Source of the DNA: Treponema sp. | GTDB taxonomy: Bacteria; Spirochaetota; Spirochaetia; Treponematales; Treponemataceae | DNA: 64,000 nucleotides | Assembly (NCBI GenBank): GCA_024402595.1 | Contig: JAKSTL010000002.1 | Span: 15,964-79,963, forward strand | Reading direction: 5' to 3' | In this document: positions 49,656 to 59,428 of the stretch, in pieces | Layout of the letters: each line of letters opens with the position of its first letter | How positions within the stretch are numbered: position 1 is the stretch's first letter | Notes under the pieces: generated by a model | The model's database searches: none | The model's input: the letters and a program-made list of their open reading frames with translations, nothing else | Told to the model about the DNA's origin: nothing | Position numbers and translations under genes: made by a program

Positions 49656-50255
49656 TTACTGTTTTAATACTTTTCCAAAATGGATTAAATAATCTATGAA
49701 GGAAATGTAGCTTAAAACTACACAAAGAATAAACAAAACGAGGCTTGCAATCTTTAATGCAGAGAAGCAGGCTGGAACCATATCTAAACGAACCAATGCT
49801 TCAAGGAAAAGTGCATAGAATCCAGAAACTACATAAGTAACGGTTTTTAACTTACCACCTTTTCTTGCGGCAATGGCAGTGCCTTTTGAAACAGCTACCA
49901 TTCTTAAAAAGTTCTGAGACATTTCTCTATATAAAATCAATACAAGGATTACAGGATACATATAAGGGCCATAAGAGCCGTATGTGGACATAAAGCAGAC
50001 AAAAGTTGCAAGATGAACAATTACATCGGCAAAAGGGTCGAATAATTTTCCAAAATCACTTACTTCATTCATTTTTCGAGCATAGTGTCCATCAAGATAA
50101 TCTGTAAACTCCATAAATCCTAGCAAAGGAAAGGCTACGAAAACCGAAATTTTTGCAAGAAGTGGATTTTGTGTCCAGATTGGTAAAAAGTATAATAAAA
50201 AGAAGACTGGTGAAAGTACAATCCTAGTTAGAGTAAATTTATTTGACAATTTCAT
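49656..50255 (-). CDS. pgsA: CDP-diacylglycerol--glycerol-3-phosphate 3-phosphatidyltransferase
   Basis: NKFTLTRI, TDYLDGHYAR...SDFGKLFDPFAD, GKLKT. Confidence 0.95.
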   Translation of the reverse strand: MKLSNKFTLTRIVLSPVFFLLYFLPIWTQNPLLAKISVFVAFPLLGFMEFTDYLDGHYARKMNEVSDFGKLFDPFADVIVHLATFVCFMSTYGSYGPYMYPVILVLILYREMSQNFLRMVAVSKGTAIAARKGGKLKTVTYVVSGFYALFLEALVRLDMVPACFSALKIASLVLFILCVVLSYISFIDYLIHFGKVLKQ

Positions 50256-50315
50256 AACAGGTTAAGTATGGCTAATCTAAAAATAAAAGTCAAGAAATTT
50301 GAACTTTCTCTAAGA

Positions 50316-51137
50316 CTATTGATACATTTTATAGTTTTGAACCACACTAACTGCGGATTTTGATTCATAACCCGGTAATTCCTGTCTGATTATCTGAAGT
50401 GACTGTTCTACTACTGCATTGGAAGTAGCAACTCCATAAATCACAACAACTTTTCCTTCTATTTCTGCATGGAGGAACTCAATTTTTATGTTGTAATCAA
50501 AGATTAATTTATTTACAACGGTTTGAGCATCCAAAAGGCGTTTTATATAATCTTTGCAATCATAGTCCTGTGCTGCGGTTATTTTTTTCTGAGCATAGTT
50601 GCAAATGAGGTCTGCTGTTGTTTCTAAATCCATGGCGCCGGTATTTAAAACCATATCAAAGTTTGCGGGATTATCTACATCAACATTATAGAAGTTTTTG
50701 TGGAAGCCATTTCTGTTTGCATCGCTTTCTTCTATTCTTTGAAGGGCTTGTTTTTCGTTCCAGTTAAATTCGTTCATTAATCGAGATATTCTTGTTCGTT
50801 CATCGGCAATCAAGCGGACAGAAACAAGATTCGGTACATTTTTAAAAATTGCAAAGGCTCCTCGACCAATAATTACTACATTGTCTTGAGCAGCGGCTTC
50901 CATCATGGCATATTGAGCTAAATTAAAATATTCATCTCTATCTTTCGCCATAGAAGCAAAAAAACCTGGTTTTCGTTCGTCATATTTTGGCATTTTTGAC
51001 TCGGAAAAGCCCAATTCCACAATGCGTCGTTCAATATCTGTGCGTTTAATAAATTTATAATTTAATTTTTCAGCAACAGTTCCAGCAACTTCATCACCTA
51101 AAGCAGCTACTTGGCGGGCAAAAGTAATTATAGCCAT
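50316..51137 (-). CDS. Cytidylate kinase-like family protein with a C-terminal BON-like domain
   Basis: IITFARQVAALG, VIIGRG, ESDANR..F. Start at MAIIT after AGGAGG. Confidence 0.85.
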   Translation of the reverse strand: MAIITFARQVAALGDEVAGTVAEKLNYKFIKRTDIERRIVELGFSESKMPKYDERKPGFFASMAKDRDEYFNLAQYAMMEAAAQDNVVIIGRGAFAIFKNVPNLVSVRLIADERTRISRLMNEFNWNEKQALQRIEESDANRNGFHKNFYNVDVDNPANFDMVLNTGAMDLETTADLICNYAQKKITAAQDYDCKDYIKRLLDAQTVVNKLIFDYNIKIEFLHAEIEGKVVVIYGVATSNAVVEQSLQIIRQELPGYESKSAVSVVQNYKMYQ

Positions 51138-51442
51138 ATACGACCTCCTAAACTTGGTAAAAATAACTTTCCAAAAATGTAATATCAAGTCAAAACTATA
51201 ATAATGATAAGACCAGATGGATAATATGTCAAAAAAAATGGTAGGGATATTTTAGAAGTTTATTTATGAACTCAAAGGGTATCATAAATGCATTATTTTT
51301 GCGTTTATGTTACAGCTTTTTAATTTATATAATGGTGAAAAATCAGGCAATAATTTATACTTATAGAAACTAACTTTGATTGAATTATCAAAATGAATTA
51401 AAAAAAAGTCTAAATTATTTTGCATTTATGAAGGGCAGAAAA

Positions 51443-52015
51443 ATGAAAAGTTATTTTACAGAAGATGATGAAAAGCTTAAATGGAAAACCAATAGCACAA
51501 AAAAATTGCTTAGCACTGTTGTTTTTGATGTTACAGAGCAAGAAAATCAGGCAAGTAACGGGCTAACTGGAAAATACATTATTACAGAATGCCCTGATTG
51601 GGTAATTACAATTCCTGTTCATAATGAAAAAATTATCATGGTAAAACAATGGCGTCACGGAGAAAAAGCTTTGAGTGTGGAATTTCCAGGTGGCGTTATT
51701 GATAAAAATGAACTACCAGAAAAAGCCGCCGCAAGAGAACTATCCGAAGAAACTGGCTTTAAAGCGGGAAAACTGACAAAACTTGGTAGTGTAAATCCTA
51801 ACCCCGCCCTTTTTTCAAACCATGTTCATGTTTTTCTAGCAGAAGATTTAATACAAACCGGTGAACAAGACTTAGATTCCGACGAATTTATAAACTGTAT
51901 GGAACTTTCATTGGAAGAAGTTTTAGAAGGAATGGGTACACCAGAGTTTCCCCACGCCATAATGGGAACCGCCCTAGCATTTTATTTAAAATATCTGAAG
52001 CTTGGGAAAAATTAA
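51443..52015 (+). CDS. NUDIX hydrolase (ADP-ribose pyrophosphatase-like)
   Basis: Nudix box GGVIDKNELPEKAAARELSEETG, plus QWR and NP motifs. Start uncertain (51428 or 51443). Confidence 0.92.
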   Translation: MKSYFTEDDEKLKWKTNSTKKLLSTVVFDVTEQENQASNGLTGKYIITECPDWVITIPVHNEKIIMVKQWRHGEKALSVEFPGGVIDKNELPEKAAARELSEETGFKAGKLTKLGSVNPNPALFSNHVHVFLAEDLIQTGEQDLDSDEFINCMELSLEEVLEGMGTPEFPHAIMGTALAFYLKYLKLGKN

Positions 52016-52020
52016 AAAAT

Positions 52021-52063
52021 AAGCTTTTTGCCGAAAAATGTTTTTCTTTCCAGCAAAAAGCTT
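52021..52063. terminator. Probable bidirectional terminator
   Basis: AAGCTTTTTGC...GCAAAAAGCTT inverted repeat between convergent genes. Confidence 0.65.
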
Positions 52064-52136
52064 ACTTTCAGTTACAAATTGAATATCAGTTATCAATCAT
52101 TTTAATTGCAAGTTTTTTACACTCCCAAACAAACGA

Positions 52137-52823
52137 TTATTCATAAGTGTTATAATTCAACTCTGGATTATAAGTTCCCGTTCTATATTCTCCGGTAATA
52201 CTTGGGATTTTCATTTTCATACCAGGTTTTATAAGATTTGGATTTTCCGGTTTTACCATATCATTTTTATTTGCCTGATACAGATTTTCCCACAACCAAG
52301 GATTATTATAAACAAAAGAACGGCCTGCAATATTCCAATAACAATCTTTAGATTCAGCCCAAGGTCGAACAATGTAATATTCTGGAAGTGGAACTGTTTC
52401 TTCTACACCATCCAAGCAATCCATAACTAATTTTGCATATTCTTCTGTTTTTTCATAATCTTCTGAATCAAAAGCGGTTTGTGCATTCTGAAGATTTTCT
52501 TTAGCCGCAGAATAAGCCATTGGATAATTTATTGCTGCATTTACACTTTCTGCCCAAGAAAACTTATTTTTTGCCATCTTCAAATAAGAATCAGCATCAC
52601 CACGAACCATCATCATTTCTATAAATGCTTTTGACAAGGCTGCATTTTCTTCTGCTTTAAGCGAATATTCCATTGCAGTTTCATATTCACCAGCATCCAA
52701 GGCCGCTTCTGCTTTTTTTGCATACTCGTCGGCCAGCTTCTGATAAGTATTGTTTTTATAACTAATAGCAAAAATTGATGCACAACACAAAGAAAGCACT
52801 AAAATAACAAATGATTTTTTCAT
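52137..52823 (-). CDS. Exported helical protein with a C-terminal LysM-like domain
   Basis: Signal peptide; YIVRP...DCYWNIAG..VYNNPWLW..LY.AN...NPNLIKPGM. Confidence 0.85.
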   Translation of the reverse strand: MKKSFVILVLSLCCASIFAISYKNNTYQKLADEYAKKAEAALDAGEYETAMEYSLKAEENAALSKAFIEMMMVRGDADSYLKMAKNKFSWAESVNAAINYPMAYSAAKENLQNAQTAFDSEDYEKTEEYAKLVMDCLDGVEETVPLPEYYIVRPWAESKDCYWNIAGRSFVYNNPWLWENLYQANKNDMVKPENPNLIKPGMKMKIPSITGEYRTGTYNPELNYNTYE

Positions 52824-53944
52824 TATTTAGCATCCTCCATACGTTTTTTAATATTTAAAAGATCATCCACCATTGTTGGATCTTCAATTGTTTCTGGAAT
52901 CTGAAGTTCTGATGCACTTGGATCTGCAAAAGAATCCTCCTCAAGAAGCACTGTATCTTCATCTTCAATGCCCGCAACTTTTTCTCGAATTGGAGCTTCC
53001 ACATCGGCTTTAAGGGCAAAATCATTACTTTCTGCTACCTTTTTCTTAGCGGCTTCAATGGCGGCTTTTGCTGCAGCTCGTTTATCATAAATGGCACTGT
53101 ATAATTCTTCAAAAATTGCCTGTGCATTTTTATAATTTTCTGTGGCTTTTCGTGGATTCGACATAGAATACTGAGAATCGCCCATTTTAAAAGCATCTAC
53201 CGCTTCTGTGTATTTAATCTTTTGAGAAACTCCCGCTTTTACTTCATCAGCTTTCAATTTTGCATCATAAGCCTTAGCACGAGCGTGTTTTGCAACTTCT
53301 TTATAAACACTACCCAAAACGGTTGTAAAACAAGTGAATCCAGCAGTTGCTTTTTCCAATTGATTTTTTCCCGCACCAAGAGTTGCATCTTCACACAAAG
53401 CTTCATATTCCGCAATATTTTTGCAGCCTTCATCATACAAGCTCTGAACTACAGAAAGGAATGTTGTATCTGCAACAATTTCGTCAATTGTGGCTTTAGT
53501 TTCCATTGCATTGATATAAACAGGGATTGCAGCATAACGAGCAGATAAATCAACTTTTTGTTCAGAAATATCAATTTTACCTTCTTTTGCATCGGCTTTA
53601 ATGGAATCATAAATTGAATCTACCTGCTGAAGCTGTAAAGAAGCTTTTTCACTAGCACCCATTTCTATTGCGGTAGTTCTAGCATTATCAATAGCAAAAA
53701 TAGATTCTGTATTATCAATAATAACAGGTTCTGGCTCAGGCTCTGGTTCCTGTACTTCAATAACAGGCATTTCTGGTTCTGGCTCAACTTCGGGTTCAAT
53801 TTCTGGCTCTGGTTCTGGCGCTGGCACAATCACAGGCTCTGGAGCAACTGGTTCCGGCTGATTTTCTTCAACAGGCTTTGAACCACAAGAAATTAAAGCT
53901 AAAATAAATAAAGCAGAAATTAAACCGCTTACTATTTTTTTCAT
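52823..53944 (-). CDS. Lipoprotein with a Pro/Glu-rich linker and helical repeats
   Basis: Lipobox LIS-C, (EP)n tract, Ala-rich helices. Translationally coupled to the LysM gene. Confidence 0.8.
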   Translation of the reverse strand: MKKIVSGLISALFILALISCGSKPVEENQPEPVAPEPVIVPAPEPEPEIEPEVEPEPEMPVIEVQEPEPEPEPVIIDNTESIFAIDNARTTAIEMGASEKASLQLQQVDSIYDSIKADAKEGKIDISEQKVDLSARYAAIPVYINAMETKATIDEIVADTTFLSVVQSLYDEGCKNIAEYEALCEDATLGAGKNQLEKATAGFTCFTTVLGSVYKEVAKHARAKAYDAKLKADEVKAGVSQKIKYTEAVDAFKMGDSQYSMSNPRKATENYKNAQAIFEELYSAIYDKRAAAKAAIEAAKKKVAESNDFALKADVEAPIREKVAGIEDEDTVLLEEDSFADPSASELQIPETIEDPTMVDDLLNIKKRMEDAK

Positions 53945-54227
53945 ATTTTCCTCCCACTTTTAATTTTTCGAGAAACTTTACCGAGTTACACGGTTATCTT
54001 ATAGTATTTAAAAAATCTGTTCTATAGGTATTTTTTAGGTATTCCTTATCTATTTTTTTATAAACCGTTTGCGTGGGCGAACATGAATATATAAAGCAGT
54101 CCAAAAGTAACATAATCGCGCCATTTTAGCGTTTATATTAAAGCCTTCAATATTTTCAAACTTACCACCTATAAAATAATAATTATTTTTCAAAATGTGT
54201 GATAAAATATTAAAAACGGAGGTTTTT

Positions 54228-54455
54228 ATGGCAGAAGATTTTTCATATCAGATTGAAAAGACTTTAGGTGTTATTTCAGAAGGAAAAGGCGGATGGAATA
54301 TTGAATTAAATCTTATTTCCTGGGGTGGCCGTCCTGCAAAATATGATATTCGAAGCTGGTCGCCAGATCATCAAAAAATGGGAAAAGGGATTACTTTTAC
54401 AGCAGACGAAATCTCATCCCTAAAAACATTATTAAACACTCTTGATTTTGAATAA
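54228..54455 (+). CDS. YdbC/PC4-like single-stranded DNA-binding protein
   Basis: GWNIELNLISW...KYDIRSWSPDHQKMGKGIT. Start at MAEDF after GGAGG. Confidence 0.9.
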   Translation: MAEDFSYQIEKTLGVISEGKGGWNIELNLISWGGRPAKYDIRSWSPDHQKMGKGITFTADEISSLKTLLNTLDFE

Positions 54456-54459
54456 AGAA

Positions 54460-55497
54460 TTATTCGTTATAATCGGCAACTGCTAAACTAGCACCTTTTT
54501 TTACAACAATCTCATAAAGCATTTTCTGCAAATATACTTCTTCCAGTAAAGTTCCACTGGAGCGGGTTTCCATATCCGTAGAAGCTAAAACTGCCAGAAT
54601 TGCCGTTGCTTGTCCAACTGTCCAGATTCGAGCAGCATTTCTATACTGTTTTTGCATGGTTGAACTTGAAAATCCGTTTGACTTCAATGTTGTTGCATCA
54701 GCAGTTCCACCCGCATTTATTTTATGCCAAAGAACTAATTTTCGGAAACAAGATGCCAAACCCACAATAATCATAACTGGGGAATTATCTTTTGAAAGAA
54801 GAATCTTTTGTAAAATCTCAATTCCAGCTTCAAATCTTTTTTCTGCACTTTCCGAAGCATTAGAAATCTGATTAAACAGAGTAAAAGCATTTTCTTCCCG
54901 ATTATGAATCAATATGGAACTTACATCGTCATCTGTAATAGTATGCTCTTTTGGAAAACAAACAAAAAAGCGGGAACATTCATTTCGTAAAGCTTCCGTG
55001 TTATTTTCCACCATATCAAGAATCAACTGTGCCGCTTCCGACTTAATTTTATAACCGTTTTTCTGGAAAAATGAAGAAACCCAAGGTAGTTTTTCATTTT
55101 CGTACATTTCCCAAAACTTTTTGCGGTTCTCGCCAGGAATCAATTTTTCTAGCTTGGCATCCACAGAAATATCATCAGAAATTAAAATTAAAATGGAAGA
55201 TATTTCTTCACCGTTTTTTGAAGCCTTTTCAATATTTTCCAGCCATTTTTTCAGCTGATTTATATCGTCCGCCTTTTTTAAAAGTTCTGCATTTTTACAA
55301 ACCACACAGGTTGCGGCAGAAAAGAGAGTTCCACCTTCCAGCACGGGAACAATTTCACCAAAAGAAGTGTCTATGAGATAGAAAAGATGCTCGTCCACAT
55401 CCCCAAATTTTTTCTTTGCCGCCTTTTTTATTTCATCAACAGCATCGTTTCTTTTTCCAAATTCAGGGCCTGTAAAAAGATAGAGAGGAAGTGCCAT
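54460..55497 (-). CDS. holA: DNA polymerase III delta subunit
   Basis: LYLFTGPEFG, TLF, 345 aa, AF.LF motif, LLEEVYLQKM C-terminus. Confidence 0.85.
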   Translation of the reverse strand: MALPLYLFTGPEFGKRNDAVDEIKKAAKKKFGDVDEHLFYLIDTSFGEIVPVLEGGTLFSAATCVVCKNAELLKKADDINQLKKWLENIEKASKNGEEISSILILISDDISVDAKLEKLIPGENRKKFWEMYENEKLPWVSSFFQKNGYKIKSEAAQLILDMVENNTEALRNECSRFFVCFPKEHTITDDDVSSILIHNREENAFTLFNQISNASESAEKRFEAGIEILQKILLSKDNSPVMIIVGLASCFRKLVLWHKINAGGTADATTLKSNGFSSSTMQKQYRNAARIWTVGQATAILAVLASTDMETRSSGTLLEEVYLQKMLYEIVVKKGASLAVADYNE

Positions 55498-55503
55498 AAG
55501 CGC

Positions 55504-56115
55504 CTAGTAGGTTCGCACAATATTTGAAAGAATACCTACGATTCTTACATCCTGACAGTAAATAGCTTGAAATTCAGGATTTTCCGGCTGAAGACGAACA
55601 CGGGTTGCTTCCTTGTAATATCGTTTTAAGGTAATAGCATCATCAATAACTGCAACAATAATCTGTCCATCTACCGCAGTGCTAGCCTGTTCGATAACCG
55701 CAAGATCACCTTCAAGAATTCCTGCATTTATCATACTGGTGCCACGAACTCGCAATGCAAAATAACTTTTTCCAGGACGCACAAAAGGTTCTGTCAGGTT
55801 TACATAACCATCCAGATTTTCTTCAGACAATAAAGGTTTTCCCGCAGCCACAGTACCCAACAAAGGAACCTTTCCCACAAAAAGTTTATCTTCTTTTTCT
55901 CGCAAATCAGAAAGCACACGAATTGAACGAGAGCGTTTTTGAGTTTGAGTCAAAAAGCCTTTTTTCTGTAATGCAGAAATGTGATCCTGTACAGCACGAA
56001 GAGAAATATCAAAATGTTCACCAATTTCGCGAACTGTTGGTGGAAACGCATTTTCTTCAGTGAATTCAGAAATAAATGTTAAAACTTCCTTTTGTCTTTC
56101 CGTAATCTGCTTCAT
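55504..56115 (-). CDS. lexA: SOS repressor LexA
   Basis: TERQKEVL, PPTVREI, VAAG cleavage site, GTSM catalytic Ser, TLKR catalytic Lys. Confidence 0.97.
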   Translation of the reverse strand: MKQITERQKEVLTFISEFTEENAFPPTVREIGEHFDISLRAVQDHISALQKKGFLTQTQKRSRSIRVLSDLREKEDKLFVGKVPLLGTVAAGKPLLSEENLDGYVNLTEPFVRPGKSYFALRVRGTSMINAGILEGDLAVIEQASTAVDGQIIVAVIDDAITLKRYYKEATRVRLQPENPEFQAIYCQDVRIVGILSNIVRTY

Positions 56116-56181
56116 TGTAGGACTTCCTTTTTTTATGATTTACAAGAATGCATTAAAATGAATAATATTTTCTATTATAAT

Positions 56182-56448
56182 CTACTCTTCTTCAAACTTG
56201 CTTTCAAATAAAGCTTCTATTGTACTTGCCGCTTCCGATTCATCAGGACCAGAAACCGTTAAAGTCATTTGTGTATTATATCCAGCGCCCATAGCAATAA
56301 CACCCATGATTGACTTTGCATTTACAGTTGCATCATCTCGTGTAAGAATAATTTCACTTTCAAACTTATTAGAAGTCTGAGCTATAATAGCTGCAGGACG
56401 AGCGTGAATGCCTGCACGATTTTTTACAGTTAAAATTTTTTCAATCAT
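56182..56448 (-). CDS. ptsH: HPr phosphocarrier protein
   Basis: GIHARPA and NAKSIMG motifs. Confidence 0.96.
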   Translation of the reverse strand: MIEKILTVKNRAGIHARPAAIIAQTSNKFESEIILTRDDATVNAKSIMGVIAMGAGYNTQMTLTVSGPDESEAASTIEALFESKFEEE

Positions 56449-56496
56449 AACAAATCCTTTGACGGTCTTTCCGCCATTTTTGATTAAATATATATT

Positions 56497-57486
56497 CTAG
56501 TACGAATCGTCGTTACCATAATATGCGTTGTTTGCGTCCCCAGTTTCCATCCACTTAAGAACATTCTGATTAAAATCCTGAGCCGAATTATACCCCATAT
56601 CCTTCAATCGCTCATTCATCGCCGCCGCTTCAATAATAATAGGAAGGTTTCTACCAGGACGAACAGGAATCTCAATAATCGGAATCTTAACACCCAGCAA
56701 TTCCTTATATTTCTGCTCCGTTCCCAATCGATCATAAGCCTTAGAAGAATCCCAATCCTCCAGCTGAACAATCAACTGAACCTCTTTTTGATTACGAATT
56801 GCACCAACCCCATAAAGTTGCGAAATATTAATAATACCAAGACCACGAATTTCCATGTGGTGACTGATTAAAGAATTAGCACCTCTACCAAGCAGCGTAT
56901 TTCCGTTAACACATCTAACTTCAATAATATCATCCGCTACCAAACGATGCCCTCGTTCTACCAATTCCAAAGCAGTTTCGCTTTTTCCAACCCCAGAATG
57001 TCCGTTCAACAAAATACCAATACCGTAAACTTCAACCAAAACCCCGTGAAAAGTCTGATGAGGAGCAAAAATATTAGAAAAAACACGAATAATACGACTG
57101 GAAAATTCCGTAGAAGTCAAATCAGTTTTTAAAACCGGACAACAACTTTCTTCCGCCAATGCACGAAATTCTTCCGTAGGCTCCAAATCATGGGTAAAAA
57201 CACAACAAGGCATTTCGTTCTTAAAAAAATTTTCTAGAGTATCCGTAGAATTTTCATTATGAAGTTTTTGAAGATAAGCAGTTTCGCCACGACCAAAAAG
57301 CTGCACTCGGTTTCCAACAAAATCCTCATAAAAACCACACAATGCAAGCCCCGGCCTGTTAATTTCAGGAATAGTAATAGCTCTTGGCAATCCACGCCTG
57401 CCGGCAATGCACTTTAAATGAAGAGCATCATGACCAGATAAATCCAAATCTAGTAAATCAAGAACCGTGAATCGTTTTTCAGCCAT
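56497..57486 (-). CDS. hprK: HPr kinase/phosphorylase
   Basis: NRPGL, HGVLV, GHSGVGKSETALEL, LVADD, EIRGLGII, PGRN. Confidence 0.97.
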   Translation of the reverse strand: MAEKRFTVLDLLDLDLSGHDALHLKCIAGRRGLPRAITIPEINRPGLALCGFYEDFVGNRVQLFGRGETAYLQKLHNENSTDTLENFFKNEMPCCVFTHDLEPTEEFRALAEESCCPVLKTDLTSTEFSSRIIRVFSNIFAPHQTFHGVLVEVYGIGILLNGHSGVGKSETALELVERGHRLVADDIIEVRCVNGNTLLGRGANSLISHHMEIRGLGIINISQLYGVGAIRNQKEVQLIVQLEDWDSSKAYDRLGTEQKYKELLGVKIPIIEIPVRPGRNLPIIIEAAAMNERLKDMGYNSAQDFNQNVLKWMETGDANNAYYGNDDSY

Positions 57487-57592
57487 ACAAGTATACTATA
57501 CACATTGATTCATAATTTTTCAAGGTGAACTCCGCCAAAACAAAGCACACCTTGAACATAAAATGGAACCCAAAATGGACCCCAAACTTCCT

Positions 57593-58348
57593 TTATTTAT
57601 TCTTATTTATAATTCTTGTTTCCTGCTTTCCAGAAGCAATTTCAATAAATCGAACAAACAAAGAAACCTTGTTATCTTCATTCAATGCATTCCAAATAGC
57701 ATCTGTCATAACATCAATAGAAGAAGAAACCTGAGCATCCAATTTTACCTTAACCGGCTCCCCTTCAAAACTTGGCAACGGATTTCCATCTCCCATATAA
57801 GTATGAATGTAATGACCTTCTCCATTCTGAGGATTGTCATAAGTATAGGTAAAACGAAGAGTATTATCCCCATTTCCACAATCACTTTTCAAAATAGAAA
57901 GAGCATAGTTATAAGCGCCATTTTCAATTTCCAAAAGAGAAGAAATACGAGGAGTGTAATTTGGAGCGTCGTGTTCATATTTTCTACTGCGCAAAGACTG
58001 TTCAAAAGTTAAACCCTTAGCCAAACCTTCCGCAATAGTGTCCGTCTGGTCTCCATTAGTAACAATAGTTTTATTTCCCAACTGACGAACAGCAGCATAA
58101 ATAATCAAACTTGGGTCTCCCGCAATCAAAGATGGGTCAAAAGCCTTTGTGCGAATAACATCAGTTGTCTTTCCATCAGCCCCCGTTTCCTGCTCAGTAA
58201 CAAAAACACGGTTGCGACTACCAGCACTTCTACCCATAGTCCAATAAGCCGAAATTGCATATTTTCCATCAGCCGATTTTCCCGCAATAATACCTCGTCC
58301 AGGATAACTTGTACTTCCCAATTCTTTCTGTAATTCAACCATATTCAT
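57593..58348 (-). CDS. IMP cyclohydrolase, PurO-like type
   Basis: YPGRGI, MGRS..SRNR, LIIY, VTNGDQTD, YEHDAPNYTPRIS. Confidence 0.88.
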   Translation of the reverse strand: MNMVELQKELGSTSYPGRGIIAGKSADGKYAISAYWTMGRSAGSRNRVFVTEQETGADGKTTDVIRTKAFDPSLIAGDPSLIIYAAVRQLGNKTIVTNGDQTDTIAEGLAKGLTFEQSLRSRKYEHDAPNYTPRISSLLEIENGAYNYALSILKSDCGNGDNTLRFTYTYDNPQNGEGHYIHTYMGDGNPLPSFEGEPVKVKLDAQVSSSIDVMTDAIWNALNEDNKVSLFVRFIEIASGKQETRIINKNK

Positions 58349-58372
58349 CCTCGCACACTCCTTTGGCCCGTT

Positions 58373-59275
58373 TTATTTTCGATTTTTCTCAACTTCATCA
58401 TGAAGTTCATTCATAATTTTCATCACAGCCCCAACAGTTTCCACCTTTGGATCAGGACAATCAGCAGGCAAACTAGCCAGCACATCATTACGGAACTTTT
58501 TACACTCAATCACCGGACTCGCAGTCATAGTTACCACATCAGGCACAACCAAATCCGCCAGCATATCTTCAGGATTTTCAGGATTAATTCTAAGACAGTT
58601 GCCATTAATAGAAACCAGCATCATAACATCAAAAAGACGAAGATAACTGTCAATTTCCCGCAAACCTTTCTTAGTTTCAGGCTTACCAGGTCTATATCGA
58701 GTACCACTTGGGAAAACAAGAATTACCTGTCCCTTTTTCTTACAAGTATCCATTGCTCGCATAGCCGCAAAATTAATCTTTCTAGCCCGTTTTTCCTCTT
58801 CCGCCTTTTCTTCATCCGTTGCATCAGTTTTCATAAAAGCGTCCAGACTTCTAGAAGGATAAACCACAACCCGCGAATAACTTTCACAAAAAGCACGAAC
58901 ACCCGCACTAGCTTCATTCAACTTCATTCCCGCAATAGCAATAATTCTGTTTGCCAAATCCTTAGACCAGTCTTCACCATGCTTATTCAAAAGATAAATA
59001 ATTCCCGGTAAATCAGTGTTAGAATAATGCTCCATCATAATAAGACCATGCTTGCCTTCCTTAGTAACAGCATCATAAAAAGCCTTAAAGTTTTCTACAT
59101 TTCCCAAACCAGACTCAGGAAGAATATTTTCCGCCAGCAAAATATCCATATATTTTCGAGTTTCAACATTTGCTTCTTCAAAAACACAAGTTTCGTCAAT
59201 TTTTGCAGCCGCTTTAGAATGATTTATCATTTCCGCAAAAATTTTTCCGTACTTTTCGCGTAAAGTCAATTCCAT
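58373..59275 (-). CDS. Glycerol-3-phosphate acyltransferase (plastid/chlamydial-type)
   Basis: HX4D motif EHYSNTD, AIAGMKL, FPSGTR. Confidence 0.85.
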   Translation of the reverse strand: MELTLREKYGKIFAEMINHSKAAAKIDETCVFEEANVETRKYMDILLAENILPESGLGNVENFKAFYDAVTKEGKHGLIMMEHYSNTDLPGIIYLLNKHGEDWSKDLANRIIAIAGMKLNEASAGVRAFCESYSRVVVYPSRSLDAFMKTDATDEEKAEEEKRARKINFAAMRAMDTCKKKGQVILVFPSGTRYRPGKPETKKGLREIDSYLRLFDVMMLVSINGNCLRINPENPEDMLADLVVPDVVTMTASPVIECKKFRNDVLASLPADCPDPKVETVGAVMKIMNELHDEVEKNRK

Positions 59276-59428
59276 ATAATTTCCTTCTTAATTTAATTTG
59301 TAACGATTATGAATTATAGAATAATTTATAAGTAATAACAATTAGTCTTGATAAAAGCTCTTTTTCTAAGATTCTGGGCCAAACTTATTTTTTTGCAAAG
59401 AACTATAACACCAAAATCAGCATCCTTT

